Assembly (NCBI GenBank): GCA_016840165.1
Contig: JAEOSU010000080.1
Coordinates: 96,001 to 160,000 of the forward strand
Direction: 5' to 3'
Length of the DNA stretch: 64,000 bases
Source of the DNA: Promethearchaeota archaeon
Lineage (GTDB): Archaea; Asgardarchaeota; Lokiarchaeia; Sigyniarchaeales; SOKP01
In this document: positions 60,767 through 64,000 of the stretch, piece by piece
How positions within the stretch are numbered: the first letter of the stretch is position 1
Layout: every line of letters begins with the position of its first letter
Program-made: the position numbers and the translations under genes
Notes under the pieces: generated by a model
Database searches by the model: none
What the model saw: only the letters and a program-made list of their open reading frames with translations
Told to the model about the DNA's origin: nothing

Positions 60767-62512
60767 TTAATTTCCAAATAAACCTTTATTTTTCTTAAAC
60801 AAGCCTAATAATTTCATTGCGGGTGGTGTTTCGAATGCAATTTCAATATCTAAAACAGCAGGTTTTTTGGATTGGATTGCCCGCTCCAAAGCCGGTCTTA
60901 TATCTTCTGGTTTGTTTAATGTTTCCCCATAGCATCCAAAACTACGAGCAATTTCAGTATAATTAATTGGTGGAAAATCTACATCACAATATCTTTTACC
61001 AAAATTGAGTTTTTGATTAGACTTTATCATTCCCCATGCACAATTATTCGCAATTACTATAATAATAGGTAAATTCAATCTGACTGCTGTCTCTAATTCT
61101 TGTACATTGAAAAGAAAGCTTCCATCTCCAGTTAAACAGATTACTAGTTTATCTGGTTTAGCCATTTGTACACCAATAGCATAAGGAATTCCAGTACCCA
61201 AATGACCCATTGAGACCGATCTAAAAAAGCTTCTTGGAAGACGAGGTTTAAGAGAGATTAAATCGAGGGCAAATACATAAATATCACCACCATCAATGAC
61301 TATTTGCGCATCATCAGGAAGAAAATCTAACATTTCATATATCAATCGGTGTGGTTTCATAGGTAATTTATCAAATTTCAACATTTTTTCTATCTGATTT
61401 TTATCTTGTTTTCTTACATCTTGTAGATAATCATTCCATTGCGACCATTCCGTTATAGTTCCTTTAGGGAAACTCTTTTCCATCTCTTCTAGGAGCTGGA
61501 TTATAACTGATTTCGCATCTCCGATTATAGCAACACTTACCGGCCTATTCTTTCCAATTTCAGAAGGATCAATATCAACTTGGATAAGTTTTTGATTTTG
61601 GTTCCAAATAGGTGATGATCCATAAATAATTGTATGATCCCATTTGCACCCAAATGAAAGAATTACATCAGCTTCAGCAGCAGCTCTTCTATATGCTATA
61701 GCAGTTAATTTCCCTCCTACAAAGGTCTCATCCATTGTAACCGCTCCGATACCACTTGAAGTTGTCCCAATAGGAATTTTATAAGTTTCAGATAATTTAT
61801 TTATTTCATTAAAAGCTTCTGAAGCCAGAACACCCCCACCAGCAACAATTAAAGGTTTCTTAGCTGATTTTAACAATTCTACGGCTTTTTTTATTCCTTC
61901 AATATTACCAGCTGGTCTGAAGATCGGACGATATTGTTCTGGAGTTAAGATTTTTTTAAAATCTTCCTCTTTAGCTTCTCTTACTAAAGCAGTTTCTCTT
62001 AATTCTAAAAAGACAGGTCCTCTTCTTCCACACATTGCTGCCTTCATACATCTTTGGACTGCGTATGGAATTTCATGAGGTTCTTCGACGGAAACTTGTA
62101 GTTTTGTGATTGGTTTCATTAGACTCATTTGATCCAAATCACCTTGTAACATCCCAATATTTTCAAACATTCTGCCAACTTGAGCACCAATTACTAGCAT
62201 TGGTATGGAATCCGCATTTGCTGCCGCAACGGCAGGTATCAAATGAGATACACCGGGACCTGCTGTACCTAAACAAACACCAATTTCTCCCGTTGCTCTT
62301 GCCCAAGCATCTGCCATATGACCCCCTGCTTGTTCATGTCTAACCATCACGGTGTCAATTCCCTCTTCACGACCCCACCGTTCAATAGCGTCATAAATTT
62401 TTAACAATTCTCCCCCAACAATGCCAAAAATCGTAGTTATTCCTTCATTTATAAGGCATTTGACTAGTAAATCTCCACCATTCTTCATCTGTTTTGACAT
62501 ATTAATAAACAT
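60767..62512 (-). CDS. ThDP-dependent enzyme (acetolactate synthase large subunit / 2-hydroxyacyl-CoA lyase-like)
   Basis: RHEQAGGHMADAWARATG, GPG, GDGSFLFNVQELET...NN. Confidence 0.88.
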   Translation of the reverse strand: MFINMSKQMKNGGDLLVKCLINEGITTIFGIVGGELLKIYDAIERWGREEGIDTVMVRHEQAGGHMADAWARATGEIGVCLGTAGPGVSHLIPAVAAANADSIPMLVIGAQVGRMFENIGMLQGDLDQMSLMKPITKLQVSVEEPHEIPYAVQRCMKAAMCGRRGPVFLELRETALVREAKEEDFKKILTPEQYRPIFRPAGNIEGIKKAVELLKSAKKPLIVAGGGVLASEAFNEINKLSETYKIPIGTTSSGIGAVTMDETFVGGKLTAIAYRRAAAEADVILSFGCKWDHTIIYGSSPIWNQNQKLIQVDIDPSEIGKNRPVSVAIIGDAKSVIIQLLEEMEKSFPKGTITEWSQWNDYLQDVRKQDKNQIEKMLKFDKLPMKPHRLIYEMLDFLPDDAQIVIDGGDIYVFALDLISLKPRLPRSFFRSVSMGHLGTGIPYAIGVQMAKPDKLVICLTGDGSFLFNVQELETAVRLNLPIIIVIANNCAWGMIKSNQKLNFGKRYCDVDFPPINYTEIARSFGCYGETLNKPEDIRPALERAIQSKKPAVLDIEIAFETPPAMKLLGLFKKNKGLFGN

Positions 62513-62594
62513 TAAAAATAAAAATTAAATTTTGGTAAAATCAAAATTTTTACATTAGTATCTAAAAAAACTAAGATCTGTTGAGGAAAATAAT

Positions 62595-63884
62595 TTAAAA
62601 TACTTTTGGATAAAAATTAAGAGGTCCTGTAGGTTCCCTCAACTCAAATTTTCCTCTAAGTATTAAATTTTTAAGTTCAATAGCAAGTTTTATCGCATTA
62701 TATCTATCAGATTGCCTTAGAACTACTGGGATTTCCTCCCCTTCGAATTTAATAGTTTTTAAATCACATTCAAAAGCATTTTCAGGGCAAAAGTAAACAC
62801 ATGTACCACAGTTAAAGCAACGTGTGCGATCAATCGAAGTAATTTTTCCTTTTTCTATTATAAATGCATTAGTGGGGCATTCTCCAATAATTTCGCAACT
62901 TCTACACTCTTTGCATACACTTGGATTAAAACTAACGTAAAAATTGTTGTCCCATACATCTCCATATGAAATCTGCCCTATTTTATTTCTCCCTACCACA
63001 TTAAGGATTACTAAAGGAACTTCATTATCACTCTTTATGATTTGATTTAACACATTTTCATTAAGAATTGGGATCGGTACAGCTATACTGCATATATTTT
63101 CTAATCCATAAGATGTTTTAAAAGCACCCATATACTCAGGTTTCATTCCTTTAAAATCAGCAATAGTCTGCATATTAGGTTTAAGTTTATCATTACGAGT
63201 TCCGGGTCCAAATATAATCCCTTCACCTCCATTAACAAGAATCTTAGTTCCAACACCTAATACATCCGCATCGGGGTCATTTTGAAAGGGATTTAACGCC
63301 CCACATCCAGAAAATGTGAGTTGTTTCTTATGACCAGCTAACGGTAAAACAGAAAATATTGTATCGACCGGATCTTGACTAGGATTCAACATTGCAAAAT
63401 AATTTTTTATTGCTTGCCTTGTTCCCATCATCCTTGCGAACTGCATATCATCTAACGTTATTTCTCGTTCCAATCTTTCTCCATTCTCTCCCTCTGCGCA
63501 TACTTTTATCGTTTTACCTTCAACCAAATCCCTAAAGAGCATCCCACCGGAATAATTTTTAATTGTAGTACTATGATTTGTACCATATAATATGAGATCT
63601 ACTATCCCAAGAAATTCGTTTGGACAGGGTCCCGGGAAAGCGGTGATGCCATTTAGCGATACTTTTGTAAATTTTCTGATTTTTTTAGGAGGAGTTAGTC
63701 GAAAAGAAAAAATTCCTGCGATACCACTCATTAAAGCTTTAGTTGCAGTAGTGATCACATCAACATCCTCAAATCTAACCTTCTCTCCATCTTCTAATTT
63801 TTCAATAAGTTCTTGAACAGTTAAAATTACTGCTGTACCTTTAGAAATTTTCTGATTTATCTCACTATAAGTTCGTTTTTTCAT
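62595..63884 (-). CDS. DUF39 plus ferredoxin protein (methanogenesis marker 16-like / aspartate-semialdehyde sulfurtransferase paralog)
   Basis: RTYSEINQKI, DVDVITTAT, GPCPNE, SGCGALNPFQNDP, CKECRSC...CP and CFNCGTC...CP, RQSDR. Confidence 0.8.
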   Translation of the reverse strand: MKKRTYSEINQKISKGTAVILTVQELIEKLEDGEKVRFEDVDVITTATKALMSGIAGIFSFRLTPPKKIRKFTKVSLNGITAFPGPCPNEFLGIVDLILYGTNHSTTIKNYSGGMLFRDLVEGKTIKVCAEGENGERLEREITLDDMQFARMMGTRQAIKNYFAMLNPSQDPVDTIFSVLPLAGHKKQLTFSGCGALNPFQNDPDADVLGVGTKILVNGGEGIIFGPGTRNDKLKPNMQTIADFKGMKPEYMGAFKTSYGLENICSIAVPIPILNENVLNQIIKSDNEVPLVILNVVGRNKIGQISYGDVWDNNFYVSFNPSVCKECRSCEIIGECPTNAFIIEKGKITSIDRTRCFNCGTCVYFCPENAFECDLKTIKFEGEEIPVVLRQSDRYNAIKLAIELKNLILRGKFELREPTGPLNFYPKVF

Positions 63885-64000
63885 AAACCATATCTCATCT
63901 CGAGAACAATAAAAAATTTAATCTTAAATTTATAATAAAATTTTTTTATTATACAAATGCTTACATTTCTTAAAGAATTATTGCATGATCTGGTAGTTTA

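Noticed and set aside
1137-63816. Numerous short antisense or alternate-frame ORFs in the track (e.g. 5343..5696, 36623..37054, 57474..57779)
   Set aside because: They overlap well-supported genes and show no motifs; they are shadows of codon bias
1-64000. CRISPR arrays, IS elements, prophage, rRNA
   Set aside because: No spaced direct repeats, transposase or viral ORFs, or long GC-rich non-coding tracts; intergenic gaps are all about 300 nt or less

Overview
AT-rich archaeal chromosomal window. Gene content (rpl15e, MCM, GINS-like, Topo VI, SMC-ScpAB, a longin/DENN-like protein, membrane-anchored HEAT protein) points to Asgard archaea, probably Lokiarchaeia; this assignment is inference. 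Contents in order: a LipS2-LplA-LipS1 lipoate cluster running into F420 genes (CofE-nitroreductase fusion, cofD); a 7-gene MoxR/DUF58/transglutaminase-like surface cluster; metabolic genes (HDAC, ADH, AOR, VIT1, rubrerythrin, pyrE, coaBC, glycyl-radical enzyme); a second MoxR-vWA-SWIM triad; an orphan Dam-type methyltransferase; tRNA-Ala(CGC) with a D-arm intron; and many chromosome-handling genes. The strongest candidate for an undescribed system is a remodelled chromosome-organisation machinery. The 1487-aa SMC has no recognisable hinge, carries a duplicated helical module at its apex and has arms built from 90/98-aa repeats. ScpA appears to start at ATT and gain an N-terminal HeH/LEM/SAP-like domain missed by the ORF track. 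A roughly double-size Topo VI-B carries the same kind of domain, and a degenerate Cdc6/Orc1 paralog lies just upstream of smc. A longin-like protein keeps an FLCN/SMCR8-type ARG arginine-finger motif. No CRISPR array, IS element or prophage was seen. All calls are by eye, with no database searches.
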